Part shown: in pieces, positions 36,394 through 45,512 of the stretch
How the letters are laid out: the number at the start of each line of letters is the position of its first letter
Numbering within the stretch: the first letter of the stretch is position 1
Origin: an uncultured Clostridia bacterium
GTDB lineage: Bacteria > Bacillota > Clostridia > Christensenellales > Aristaeellaceae
Direction: 5' to 3'
Assembly (NCBI GenBank): GCA_934631055.1
Contig: CAKTXP010000001.1
Coordinates: 1 to 46,132, forward strand
Length of the DNA: 46,132 nucleotides
Position numbers and translations under genes: made by a program
Notes under the pieces: generated by a model
Database searches by the model: none
Told to the model about the DNA's origin: nothing
Seen by the model: the letters and a program-made list of their open reading frames with translations, nothing else

Positions 36394-37542
36394 ATGAAGA
36401 ATAAACATCCTTTATTATACAGTTTTATCCGCAGAGCAATCGTTCTGATTCTGATTGCAATGATGGCGTTGACCGCATACAGCCAATCAACCGGCTCACT
36501 GACGTCTTTGTCGCCGGAGAGCTTTCTTTCGCGCGTGATAACGCCGGTACAGGGAGCTGTTTCTCAAATCAGCCATTCGATATCGGATTATCTCTATCGT
36601 GTTAAGCTCAGAAGCAATATCGAATACGAATACAATCAGTTAAAAGCGCAAAACGATGAACTGACCCTTCGCAGCATTCTTTATGAAGAGCTGGAAGCGG
36701 AAAACACGCAGCTTCGGGCTCTTCTGGGCGAATACGAAACCCGTTCGACCATGAATCCTGTTCTAGCGCGCGTGATTGCCAGCGAAACGGGTAACTATTT
36801 CTCTACGTTTACGATAAACAAGGGAAAAAATGACGGTGTCGATACGCAGATGGCTGTCATTACCTCGGAAGGTCTGGTCGGCTATACCTATGAAGTTTTC
36901 GATACGACGGCAAAAGTCATCACCATCATCGACGACCAGGCAAGTCTTGCCGCTTTGATCGAGAGCAGCCGCGATCAGGGCGCTGTCAAGGGTACACTCG
37001 GCAGCACGGGCGAACCGCTTTGCAGAATGTACTATCTTTCTGCGGACAGCGTTCCGAGACCGGGCGACCGTGTCATCACGTCAGGCGTCGGCGTGTCATT
37101 CCCCAAGGGTCTTCTGATTGGCTATGTCCGCGAAAGCACCCGCGCTATTGAGGACAATAAACACTATATTGTTGTCGAACCGGCAGCTGATTTTGAGCAT
37201 ATTGAAAATGTACTGGTTCTGCGCTACTATGCGGATGTCGAAGCCATGCCGGATAACTATGATAACACCGAGATCATCATTGCGCCGGTTGCAACTGCGC
37301 GCCCGCAGGCTGTCATCGAAGAGGACCGCCTGACCAATTCGACACCTGTGCCGCTGCCGGATGCTCCGGGTAGAGTCACGCCGTCGCCGACACCGGAAGC
37401 AGTTGATTTTATCGTAGATGAAGAAGCGATGGGAGATCTGGCTGAACGCTTTGTCGAAAGCACGCCCACGCCTGAACCTCCGGAGGAAACGCCTGATCCG
37501 GCTTGGCTGGATGAGGAAGATGTTTTCCCAGAGGACTTTTAA
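36394..37542 (+). CDS. mreC: Rod shape-determining protein MreC with a ~100-aa acidic/Pro-rich C-terminal tail
   Basis: N-terminal TM, coiled coil (YNQLKAQNDELT...ENTQLRALL), beta-barrel domains (MAVITSEGLVGYTYEV; GDRVITSG...FPKGLLIGYV). Confidence 0.88.
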   Translation: MKNKHPLLYSFIRRAIVLILIAMMALTAYSQSTGSLTSLSPESFLSRVITPVQGAVSQISHSISDYLYRVKLRSNIEYEYNQLKAQNDELTLRSILYEELEAENTQLRALLGEYETRSTMNPVLARVIASETGNYFSTFTINKGKNDGVDTQMAVITSEGLVGYTYEVFDTTAKVITIIDDQASLAALIESSRDQGAVKGTLGSTGEPLCRMYYLSADSVPRPGDRVITSGVGVSFPKGLLIGYVRESTRAIEDNKHYIVVEPAADFEHIENVLVLRYYADVEAMPDNYDNTEIIIAPVATARPQAVIEEDRLTNSTPVPLPDAPGRVTPSPTPEAVDFIVDEEAMGDLAERFVESTPTPEPPEETPDPAWLDEEDVFPEDF

Positions 37543-37567
37543 GCGCTGACATGGGAGGTGGACGAAC

Positions 37568-38128
37568 ATGTCAAGAGCAATACGAATTGTCATCACCGTT
37601 ATTCTGGCGTGCATCTGCCAAACCGATTTAGTCAAGTATATTCGGATCGCAGGTGTCGCGCCGGATATGATGACGGTTTTTCTGGTTCTGCTGACGGGTT
37701 ATACCGGCGCATATGGGGGGTTCTGCGCCGGCAGCGTGATGGCTATGCTCTATGACGCAAGCGTCGGTTATGTATTGGCAATCAATCTGGTCAGCTATAC
37801 GTTTATCGGCTGGGCTGCTCCGATGCTGCGGCAGGCGATGAATAATAAGCTTCACCGCGTCAAACACAAAAGCTATTTTGAATTGATCGTGATCTGCTTT
37901 TTCCTGGTTCTGGTCAAAGAGATGGTTTACATTGGCTATCTGTTCCTTATCGGCGCAGAGCAGAGCATCGTAACCATCTTGCGGGCGCTGCTTTGCAGCG
38001 CATACAGCGCCGTAATGATCCTGCCGTGTTCTTTGATTCAGAATAAGATCATGAGCATTCACATCATGAAAAAAAAGAAAAGCGAAGATCTGGTGGGAGA
38101 TTCAGAGGAAGCGAGTCGCAAGCGTTAA
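37568..38128 (+). CDS. mreD: Rod shape-determining protein MreD
   Basis: Small polytopic membrane protein immediately downstream of mreC. GGGAGGTG SD lies 8 nt before the ATG. Confidence 0.75.
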   Translation: MSRAIRIVITVILACICQTDLVKYIRIAGVAPDMMTVFLVLLTGYTGAYGGFCAGSVMAMLYDASVGYVLAINLVSYTFIGWAAPMLRQAMNNKLHRVKHKSYFELIVICFFLVLVKEMVYIGYLFLIGAEQSIVTILRALLCSAYSAVMILPCSLIQNKIMSIHIMKKKKSEDLVGDSEEASRKR

Positions 38129-38152
38129 GCAGTTTGGAGGTTTTACAAAGCT

Positions 38153-40690
38153 GTGGGTAACAAATATAAGGCACGATATATCGCTATTGCGTGCGTTGTT
38201 GCAGCGTTGTTTGGCGTGTTGATCGTTCGATTGTTCAATTTGCAGATCGCGGGGTATGAGGATAATCTGGCAAGCGCGGAAAGCAAAAAGACCAAGACCA
38301 TTACCAGTCAGGGTTCCCGAGGAACGATCATGGACGTCAATTCGCTGACCCTTGCTTATGATAAACAAATCTACAATGTTCAGTTTTACCGCGATCCGAA
38401 TTATACGCCGACCGATATCGACGAAGAAACTGGCAGAACAATGAGCCAGTATAAGGTATACACGAATGCGATCATCAACGTGATCGACATTATTGAAAAG
38501 AATGGCGGAACACTGAATACGTCGTTTTCTCTAAAACAGGACGAAATGACGGGACTGTGGATCTTCACCTGGAACAACAATAATTACACTCAGGCACAGC
38601 AGGATGCGCGCGAAAAGATGTGGCGCAGCAACTTCTATGTCAGCAGCACAACAGCGTATCCTCAGCAAGAGCTGTTCAGCGCGCTGTGCAAAAAATACCG
38701 CATTCCGGATGAACTGAGTACGGAAAAGAAAATTCAGATCTTGAGCGTTTGGGAAACGATGCAGAATAATGCGTTCCTATCCCAGCCGATTACCATTGCA
38801 TCCAATGTCAGTTGGGAAACAGTCATCGAAATCGAAGCAAAAGCGCTTACGATGGAGGGCATCAGCGTTTCGGTAAGCACGCAGCGTGTTTACCCGAACG
38901 GTACGCTTGCCTGTCACATCGTTGGTTACATCGGAAAGATTCAGAATTACGATACCTACTATGCTTCTTATAAAGACAAGGGATATGCGCTTTCAGATTT
39001 AATCGGTCTGGATGGCGTAGAAAAGACCATGGAAGATTGGCTGACCCCTTGTACGACACAGCGGGTAGGTAAGCGCGTGGTCGAGATCGATCGATACGGC
39101 GCAGTAAGCCGGACGCTTTCCACGACGGAAGCAACGGACGGCAACAACATCAAACTGACCATTGATTCTAATCTTCAGCGTATCGCGGAATCGGCGCTTG
39201 AAGAGAACATCAACTACATCCGCGATGAACAGGAGCGCCTGCTCAACAGTGACGTATGGCTGGATGCCAATAAAACCGAATTGCAGGGAACGACGCGCGA
39301 TTTTGAATCCAATCCTATTGAGCTGGCAGAAAAAGGCGCGGTCGTCGTCATTGATATGGAAGGACGAGTACTGGCGCTGGCGAGTTATCCGCCGTATGAC
39401 CCAAACGCATTTATTGTCGGTGGCGAAGCGGCGGCAAATATTCTGCTCGATTCTCGAAATCCTTTGGTCAATTATGCTATCGGTTCCCGCGATACGCCGG
39501 GTTCTATTTTCAAGATGGTCACGGCAACCGCCGGTTTGCTGCATGGTCAGCTTACCCTGACCGAGACCATCAGCGACCTTGGCAGATTCGATAAATACGA
39601 TAAGACGAATCCGCCGCGCTGCTGGCTGAATCAAAAGCTGCTGTACCGGCATGCGGATCAGACTGTTGTTGAAGGTCTGACGCATTCGTGTAACTATTTC
39701 TTCTATACGGTCGGTTCGCGCCTATATGAGTATACAGACGACCAGTTGTATAAAACGGCAGCGCTTTACGGATTGACGACCAAGACAGGCATTGACCTGC
39801 CGGGCGAGCTTCAGGGCTATGTTGCCAGCCAGACGACTCTTTACGATAAGAACAAGGCAATCAGCGCTTCTGAGCAATCAACATGGCGCCCGTCCATTGT
39901 ATTTAACAACATTAAGAAGCACCTCATTGAAGTCGGCGACGATTACAACATGACTTTCGATGAGGAAAAGCTGAATAAGTGCGTAAAGCGTCTGATGGAT
40001 ATGGCGGTTGATTACAATCAGGGCGACTGGCTGCCTGAGATTCGTACGATCCTCATGGAAGAGCTTGATATGCCTCGTGAATTGGTCTATTTGCAGATCG
40101 TCGCTGGTGATACATTTATCATGCTGAACGAAATCAAATGGGGCGGTTCGGAGGCCATCATGGCAGCGGTCGGTCAGTCCATCACGACTGTTACGCCGGT
40201 CGCGATGGCACGCTATGTTGCGGCGGTTGCAAACGGAGGTAAGGTGTATGACCTGCGGCTGATCGACTCCATTATCTCTCCGGATGGCGAAGTCCTCAGC
40301 GAAAGCACGCCGATCCTTGCTTCGGAAATCGAGGGTGAAGGCGTTGCCGAATACCTGGCGGCGCTGCGTGAAGGAATGAGCGGCGTTGCAGGAGATGACG
40401 GTACAGCAACGAAATTCTTCCGCGACGCTGAATACGACGACGTTCGCAACAACATGGGTGCAAAGACTGGTACGGCAGAAAAGACGACGATCGACCTTGA
40501 AAACAATGCGTGGATGGTCGCATTTGCGCCGTATGATAATCCGGAGATCGCAGTCTGCGTGTATATTCCTCACGGATACAGCGGATCTTACTGTTCTATC
40601 ACGATCCGTGAAGTTCTGAATTACTATCTGGAACATAGAACGCTGGATAGCGAGGATATCATGGCGCCTTCCAACTCTTTGGCTTATTAA
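38153..40690 (+). CDS. mrdA: Class B penicillin-binding protein 2 (elongasome transpeptidase), unusually long at 845 aa
   Basis: N-terminal TM, SxxK = SIFK (aa 451-454), SxN = SCN (512-514), KTG = KTGTAE (771-). Located between mreD and rodA. Confidence 0.9.
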   Translation: MGNKYKARYIAIACVVAALFGVLIVRLFNLQIAGYEDNLASAESKKTKTITSQGSRGTIMDVNSLTLAYDKQIYNVQFYRDPNYTPTDIDEETGRTMSQYKVYTNAIINVIDIIEKNGGTLNTSFSLKQDEMTGLWIFTWNNNNYTQAQQDAREKMWRSNFYVSSTTAYPQQELFSALCKKYRIPDELSTEKKIQILSVWETMQNNAFLSQPITIASNVSWETVIEIEAKALTMEGISVSVSTQRVYPNGTLACHIVGYIGKIQNYDTYYASYKDKGYALSDLIGLDGVEKTMEDWLTPCTTQRVGKRVVEIDRYGAVSRTLSTTEATDGNNIKLTIDSNLQRIAESALEENINYIRDEQERLLNSDVWLDANKTELQGTTRDFESNPIELAEKGAVVVIDMEGRVLALASYPPYDPNAFIVGGEAAANILLDSRNPLVNYAIGSRDTPGSIFKMVTATAGLLHGQLTLTETISDLGRFDKYDKTNPPRCWLNQKLLYRHADQTVVEGLTHSCNYFFYTVGSRLYEYTDDQLYKTAALYGLTTKTGIDLPGELQGYVASQTTLYDKNKAISASEQSTWRPSIVFNNIKKHLIEVGDDYNMTFDEEKLNKCVKRLMDMAVDYNQGDWLPEIRTILMEELDMPRELVYLQIVAGDTFIMLNEIKWGGSEAIMAAVGQSITTVTPVAMARYVAAVANGGKVYDLRLIDSIISPDGEVLSESTPILASEIEGEGVAEYLAALREGMSGVAGDDGTATKFFRDAEYDDVRNNMGAKTGTAEKTTIDLENNAWMVAFAPYDNPEIAVCVYIPHGYSGSYCSITIREVLNYYLEHRTLDSEDIMAPSNSLAY

Positions 40691-40711
40691 AGTCAAATCA
40701 GGAAAAGCAAA

Positions 40712-41425
40712 ATGGCTAAAATGTTTGCCGTCAGCTCTGGAAAGGGCGGCGTTGGAAAATCCATGATAGCGCTTTCGCTTGCTGTCAGCGCTGCAAAAAA
40801 GGGAACGAGAACGATTCTGCTGGATGCTTCTGGCATTTCGCGTTCCTGTGATCTGGCGCTTGGGATGGAGAGTATCGTTGTCCTTGATTTAGCGGATGTC
40901 TGCTGTCAACAGACCGATCTTGAAAGCGCTTTGTACCGCGTACCGCGATATGAATGCTTTTCTTTTGCCTGCGCATCGCTCTATGATGATATTCCGATCG
41001 GTGAATTGAACGGTGTGCTGCTCGCGCTTCACTCGCTATGCGACATTGTCGTTATCGATTTGCCAACGGGAGAAACAATGCTGGCCAATAAAATGCTGAA
41101 TGAGAATGATTGCAGAGTCATCGTAACAACACCGGACGATGCTTCGATTCGTGCAAGTGAGCGCCTTATGATGCAGACGACCGGCGGCAGAGAGCAGAGA
41201 TGGCTCATTGTCAATCGCGCTGTTCCTGCATATGTCCGAAAAGGCATCCAGTATGACGCAAAGACCGTTGAGATGACGCTGGATTGTCCACTGGCAGGAT
41301 GTATCCCTGAGGATGACAGCATTGCGTTTGCAGCGCTGAAGGGGCGTACCGCCGTTGAAAGCGGCGGTCCCGCACAAAGGGCGTTGCTTCAATTGGCGGA
41401 TACTTTGCTCAGCGACATCGAATAA
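40712..41425 (+). CDS. MinD/ParA-family deviant Walker A ATPase (MinD-like, no C-terminal membrane-targeting helix)
   Basis: SSGKGGVGKS deviant Walker A with signature Lys, VVIDLPTGE Walker B-like, CIPEDDSIAFA similar to MinD IPED. 237 aa, ending at ...TLLSDIE. Confidence 0.75.
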   Translation: MAKMFAVSSGKGGVGKSMIALSLAVSAAKKGTRTILLDASGISRSCDLALGMESIVVLDLADVCCQQTDLESALYRVPRYECFSFACASLYDDIPIGELNGVLLALHSLCDIVVIDLPTGETMLANKMLNENDCRVIVTTPDDASIRASERLMMQTTGGREQRWLIVNRAVPAYVRKGIQYDAKTVEMTLDCPLAGCIPEDDSIAFAALKGRTAVESGGPAQRALLQLADTLLSDIE

Positions 41426-41440
41426 CAAGGAGATCAATAC

Positions 41441-42610
41441 ATGTTTTTTTCGGAAAACAACCGATTATCCAAGCCGCATTTTGATTGGCCGCTGCTGATT
41501 GCCAGCTATATGCTTGCGCTCTATGGCGTGCTTGCGATAACGATTGCAAACTATGACCCTTCGCTTGGCTCCGACCGTTCCCTTCAGGATCTGGTCATGG
41601 ACGCTAACAACGGACGTTTGCAGCTGATGTGGGTCGTTGTCAGCATGGTGGTCGTTGCTATCATCATGACGATCAAATACGACATTATCGGTCGGCTCTG
41701 GCCAGTCATCTATGTGGTTGACGTATTATTGCTCGGTTTGGTTTTGACGACATCCAAGATCAACGGCGTCAGCGGCTGGTTCCAGTTTCTGGATCGTACT
41801 TTCCAGCCTTCCGAGCTGGCAAAACTGGCGCTGATTATTACGCTAGCCAAAGCGCTGACAAAGTATCCAGACCGACCTATACCCAATTTCCGTTATTTTA
41901 TTTACATCTGTATGCACTTCGGTATTCCGGCTTTGCTTATTCTGCTTCAGCCGGATATCGGAACGCTGATGGTATTCTGCGTTATTTTCGTTGCACTGCT
42001 GTTTGTTTCCGGCTTTGAAATGCGCTGGATGATTACACTGGGCTGCCTTGTCAGCGCGGCGATCACGCCGGTCATCTTTTACCTTGCCTCTACAAACAAC
42101 TTCCGCTGGCTGCGTCTGGTCGCATTTATTCATCCGGAATCCGATCCGACCGGAAGCAGTTATCAGATCGTCAATTCAAAGATTACTGTTGGTTCCGGCG
42201 GGCTGTATGGAAAGGGAGCATGGGCAGAAGGCACGCTGACGCATTTGAACTATGTTCCGGAAAACCATACCGATTTCATCTTTTCTGTCGTTGGCGAAAC
42301 CCTTGGGTTTGTCGGCGCAATGATCCTGCTGGCATTGTATGCTTTTGTTATTTATCGCATGCTGTTACTGGCGTTTCACACGAATGACAAGTTTGGTCAG
42401 CTGATTATCGTCGGCGTTATGGCGATGCTCCTTTTCCATGTGTTTGAGAATATCGGTATGTGTATTGGCGTTATGCCGATTACGGGTATTCCGCTTCCGT
42501 TTATCAGTTATGGAGGAACCAACCTCGTTGTGAACATGGCTGGCGTGGGCTTGGTATTGAACGTAACACAATACAAGAGTTCTGTTGACCTGAAAACAAA
42601 GCGCTCGTAG
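41441..42610 (+). CDS. rodA: SEDS-family peptidoglycan polymerase RodA (FtsW/RodA/SpoVE family)
   Basis: QPSELAKLALII, QPDIGT, HTDFIFSVVGE, GIPLPFISYGGTN. AAGGAG SD. Confidence 0.9.
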   Translation: MFFSENNRLSKPHFDWPLLIASYMLALYGVLAITIANYDPSLGSDRSLQDLVMDANNGRLQLMWVVVSMVVVAIIMTIKYDIIGRLWPVIYVVDVLLLGLVLTTSKINGVSGWFQFLDRTFQPSELAKLALIITLAKALTKYPDRPIPNFRYFIYICMHFGIPALLILLQPDIGTLMVFCVIFVALLFVSGFEMRWMITLGCLVSAAITPVIFYLASTNNFRWLRLVAFIHPESDPTGSSYQIVNSKITVGSGGLYGKGAWAEGTLTHLNYVPENHTDFIFSVVGETLGFVGAMILLALYAFVIYRMLLLAFHTNDKFGQLIIVGVMAMLLFHVFENIGMCIGVMPITGIPLPFISYGGTNLVVNMAGVGLVLNVTQYKSSVDLKTKRS

Positions 42611-42668
42611 TTCTCTCTGTCCGATTTCTCGCATAGGGTCTTGCAGGAAATTGGAGGAGGGGAATCTT

Positions 42669-43316
42669 GTGGATGAGCAGAATAAGAAAGTAATCGTTGG
42701 GCAGATGAAGCCCCGCGAACGACAGGCGTGGGAAAAGAGAATCCCACAGAAGAAACGTATAAAATGGGATAAGCGGCTGCTGAGAAAGTCAATTCCTCTG
42801 ACAGCCGCGTTTTTTTGTCTGGGCGTCGCAGCGATAGCAACTGGCGCATATGGAAAAAATATACAATCTGTCTTTGGACAAATGACCGCGCGTTTTGATT
42901 ATGACGACACGCTTGGAAGATTGCAATTCGTCAGTAAGCTCCTGCCGGAAAGCGCAATGGTCTTTTTGACAGGTGAAGATGAAGCGGAAACCTGCGCTTC
43001 TCTCTGGATACAAGATGCACAGGTGACACATGCCTGGAGCGAAAATGAACCCTGGCTTGAATTTGAAGAAATCGGAAACATCAACAGCTGTCTTGCTGGA
43101 GAAATTATGAATACCGTAAAAAACAGGCAAAATGAGTATACAGTACGTGTTCGCCACGAAAACGGCTATGAATCAGTTTACAGCGGTCTGACACAACTGT
43201 TTGTGAGCGAAGGGGAAGAAGTCACCGCAGGACAGGCAATCGGCTGTGCCGAGGGATTTGCTGCATTTGAACTAAGAAAAGATGGTTTATCCATCATGCC
43301 GGTTTTTGGCAGCTGA
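42669..43316 (+). CDS. spoIVFA: SpoIVFA-like membrane protein with a degenerate LytM/M23 domain
   Basis: Single TM (IPLTAAFFCLGVAAIATGAY). C-terminal M23-like fold (VRVRHENGYESVYSGL...GEEVTAGQAIG) lacks the catalytic His residues. Directly upstream of a SpoIVFB-like protease. GGAGGAGG SD lies 8 nt before GTG 42669. Confidence 0.6.
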   Translation: MDEQNKKVIVGQMKPRERQAWEKRIPQKKRIKWDKRLLRKSIPLTAAFFCLGVAAIATGAYGKNIQSVFGQMTARFDYDDTLGRLQFVSKLLPESAMVFLTGEDEAETCASLWIQDAQVTHAWSENEPWLEFEEIGNINSCLAGEIMNTVKNRQNEYTVRVRHENGYESVYSGLTQLFVSEGEEVTAGQAIGCAEGFAAFELRKDGLSIMPVFGS

Positions 43317-43322
43317 TGAATC

Positions 43323-44189
43323 TTGAAGATTAGAATCCACCCTTCGTTTATCGTATATATAGCGGTTATCTCCGTATTTGCTTCGCTTGAAACAGCTGTC
43401 AGCGCATTCATAGCATTACTTGTCCATGAAATCAGTCATTTTATCGCCTCTAAATGGTTCGGCGAGCGCATTGCAACGCTTGACGTTACACCCTTTGGAG
43501 GCGTTATGACGTATGTACCCGGAAAGAGTCCTCATAAGGGCATTAAAGGATGTATTGTTGCTGCGGCAGGTCCGCTTGGAAATTACGGAATGGTTCTCTT
43601 CCTGTCACAGTCGTTTATGCAAAACTGGATGCAAGCTGAAACTATAAAACAGGCAATAGTCATCAACTTGGGCATGATGTTGCTGAATCTCCTTCCGGCT
43701 CTCCCTCTGGATGGCGGACGCATTGCGTTTTGTACGGGCTACTATCTCTTTTCAATATCATCCATAACGACAGCGCTTTCTTTAGCAGGCATTGCTGTCG
43801 GGTGCGCACTGATTGGATTTGGATTATACGGCGCATGGGTTTTGGGCTGTATCAATGTTTCTTTGCTCATGATTGGCGGCTATCTTATCGTGTATGCACA
43901 GAAAAGCCGCTTCGTACTTCTGACAGAAAATCTCTATACACTTTTGCAGGAAAAACAGCAAAGGGATGAAACACCTGCAAGAGCATATGTACTCTCTGTT
44001 GAGCCGGAAACCACGCTTAAAGACGCACTGTGTGTCGTCGGAAAAGCACCTAGAGTTCTCTTTTATACGAATGATGCTTCGCTGAACTATTGGATTGAAG
44101 ATACTGAAATCATATTAGGATTCTTGCAGGCGCCGGACTCTGATATACACAGCATAATTGAAAAGAAAGGAAACAAGAACTTCAGCTAA
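43323..44189 (+). CDS. spoIVFB: Site-2 (M50B) intramembrane metalloprotease, SpoIVFB-like
   Basis: HEISH in a TM helix, NLLPALPLDGGR second metal-ligand motif, C-terminal soluble CBS-like segment. TTG start. Confidence 0.8.
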   Translation: MKIRIHPSFIVYIAVISVFASLETAVSAFIALLVHEISHFIASKWFGERIATLDVTPFGGVMTYVPGKSPHKGIKGCIVAAAGPLGNYGMVLFLSQSFMQNWMQAETIKQAIVINLGMMLLNLLPALPLDGGRIAFCTGYYLFSISSITTALSLAGIAVGCALIGFGLYGAWVLGCINVSLLMIGGYLIVYAQKSRFVLLTENLYTLLQEKQQRDETPARAYVLSVEPETTLKDALCVVGKAPRVLFYTNDASLNYWIEDTEIILGFLQAPDSDIHSIIEKKGNKNFS

Positions 44190-44204
44190 AATTCATCCAA
44201 CACC

Positions 44205-44233
44205 TTGAAACATCCATCACTCTGAGATACAAT
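44205..44233 (+). promoter_or_regulatory. Sigma-A promoter of the DEAD-box helicase gene
   Basis: TTGAAA (44205-44210), 17-nt spacer, TACAAT (44228-44233). Confidence 0.6.
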
Positions 44234-44272
44234 ATTAGAAGAGAATCGAAATAGAATTGCGAGGGCTGAATT

Positions 44273-45466
44273 TTGAGCGAAGTACAGAATACAACAGCAA
44301 CTCATCCGCTCGAAGAGATGGGGATTAGCCGCGAGGTTGTTCAGGCATTTGATTGGATGGGTTTTAAGAGTTTAACGGCTATTCAGGAAAAGTGCATTCC
44401 ATTGATGATGGACGGTCACGATATCATCGCCATTGCACCGACTGGAACGGGAAAGACGCTTGGCTTTGGCATCCCGATGCTGGAATACGTCAATCTCGAT
44501 GATTCGGCTGTCCAAGAGGTCGTTCTGGCGCCAACCAGAGAACTGGCGCAGCAGATCGCTGATGAGTTGACGAATCTGGCTCACTTTATTAAAGGTTTGA
44601 AAATCGCTGTTATCTATGGCGGACAGCCGTTTGCGAAACAAATGAGCGCATTAAACCGCAAACCGCAGATTCTCATTGCAACGCCAGGACGTTTGCTCGA
44701 CCACATGCAGCGGGGCAACATTCGTCTAAACAGTGTCCACACGATGGTGCTTGATGAGGCGGATGAAATGTTGAAAATGGGCTTCGTTCAGGATGTTGAA
44801 AAAATCATTGAGAGTGCGGATCCCAATCGCCAGTTGGTCATGTTCAGCGCAACGACGAATCAGGATGTATTAACGGTTTCGTGGAAATATCAAAAAGACC
44901 CTATTGAAATCGTTGTTCAGGCGCAGGCTGAGAATAAGCCAAATATTACGCAGTATATCATTGAATCTGATCAAAAACAGAAGTATGAACACTTGTTGTA
45001 TCTGCTTGATTCAGATCAATATAAACGCGTCATGATCTTCTGTAATACAAAGGATATGACAGCACGTTTGTGCGAAAGGCTGAAAAAAGCCGGATACAGC
45101 GCGGAATGTCTGCATGGCGATGTTCGACAGGCAATCCGAGATAAAGTCATGTCTGGATATAGAAAAGGTGAATTTGATATCCTTGTCGCGACAGATGTGG
45201 CTGCACGCGGAATTGACGTCGATGATGTCGAAGCGGTCTTTAACTATGATCTACCCGACAAACAGGAATTCTATGTACACCGCATCGGAAGAACGGGTCG
45301 TGCAAAGCGCGCAGGCGTAAGCTTCTCTTTCGTCAGTTTCAGGGACAGCATTCGGATGGATGAGATCCTCAAGTATATTGACAGCAAACCGATTTCTTTG
45401 GTTTTCGATGAATTCGGTACGCTTTGTTATAAAGAGGATAGAAAACCGTTTTTAGAGGATGTATAA
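44273..45466 (+). CDS. DEAD-box ATP-dependent RNA helicase (core only, 397 aa)
   Basis: Q-motif region, APTGTGKT, PTRELA, DEAD, SAT, HRIGRTGR. TTG start after GAGGG. Confidence 0.93.
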   Translation: MSEVQNTTATHPLEEMGISREVVQAFDWMGFKSLTAIQEKCIPLMMDGHDIIAIAPTGTGKTLGFGIPMLEYVNLDDSAVQEVVLAPTRELAQQIADELTNLAHFIKGLKIAVIYGGQPFAKQMSALNRKPQILIATPGRLLDHMQRGNIRLNSVHTMVLDEADEMLKMGFVQDVEKIIESADPNRQLVMFSATTNQDVLTVSWKYQKDPIEIVVQAQAENKPNITQYIIESDQKQKYEHLLYLLDSDQYKRVMIFCNTKDMTARLCERLKKAGYSAECLHGDVRQAIRDKVMSGYRKGEFDILVATDVAARGIDVDDVEAVFNYDLPDKQEFYVHRIGRTGRAKRAGVSFSFVSFRDSIRMDEILKYIDSKPISLVFDEFGTLCYKEDRKPFLEDV

Positions 45467-45472
45467 AGGCGA

Positions 45473-45512
45473 GGCATCAGCAGAGCGAAAATCCGCTGAT
45501 GCCGCTTTTTTT
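45473..45512. terminator. Rho-independent (probably bidirectional) terminator
   Basis: GGCATCAGC (45473-45481) pairs with GCTGATGCC (45495-45503), a 9-bp stem, followed by a T7 run (45506-45512). Confidence 0.8.

Noticed and set aside
42632-42639. CATAGGGT upstream of spoIVFA as a possible sigma-E/sigma-K -10 element.
   Set aside because: There is no matching -35 (ATA or AC at the correct spacing), and the element lies only ~30 nt from the start codon and overlaps the SD region. This is too weak to call.
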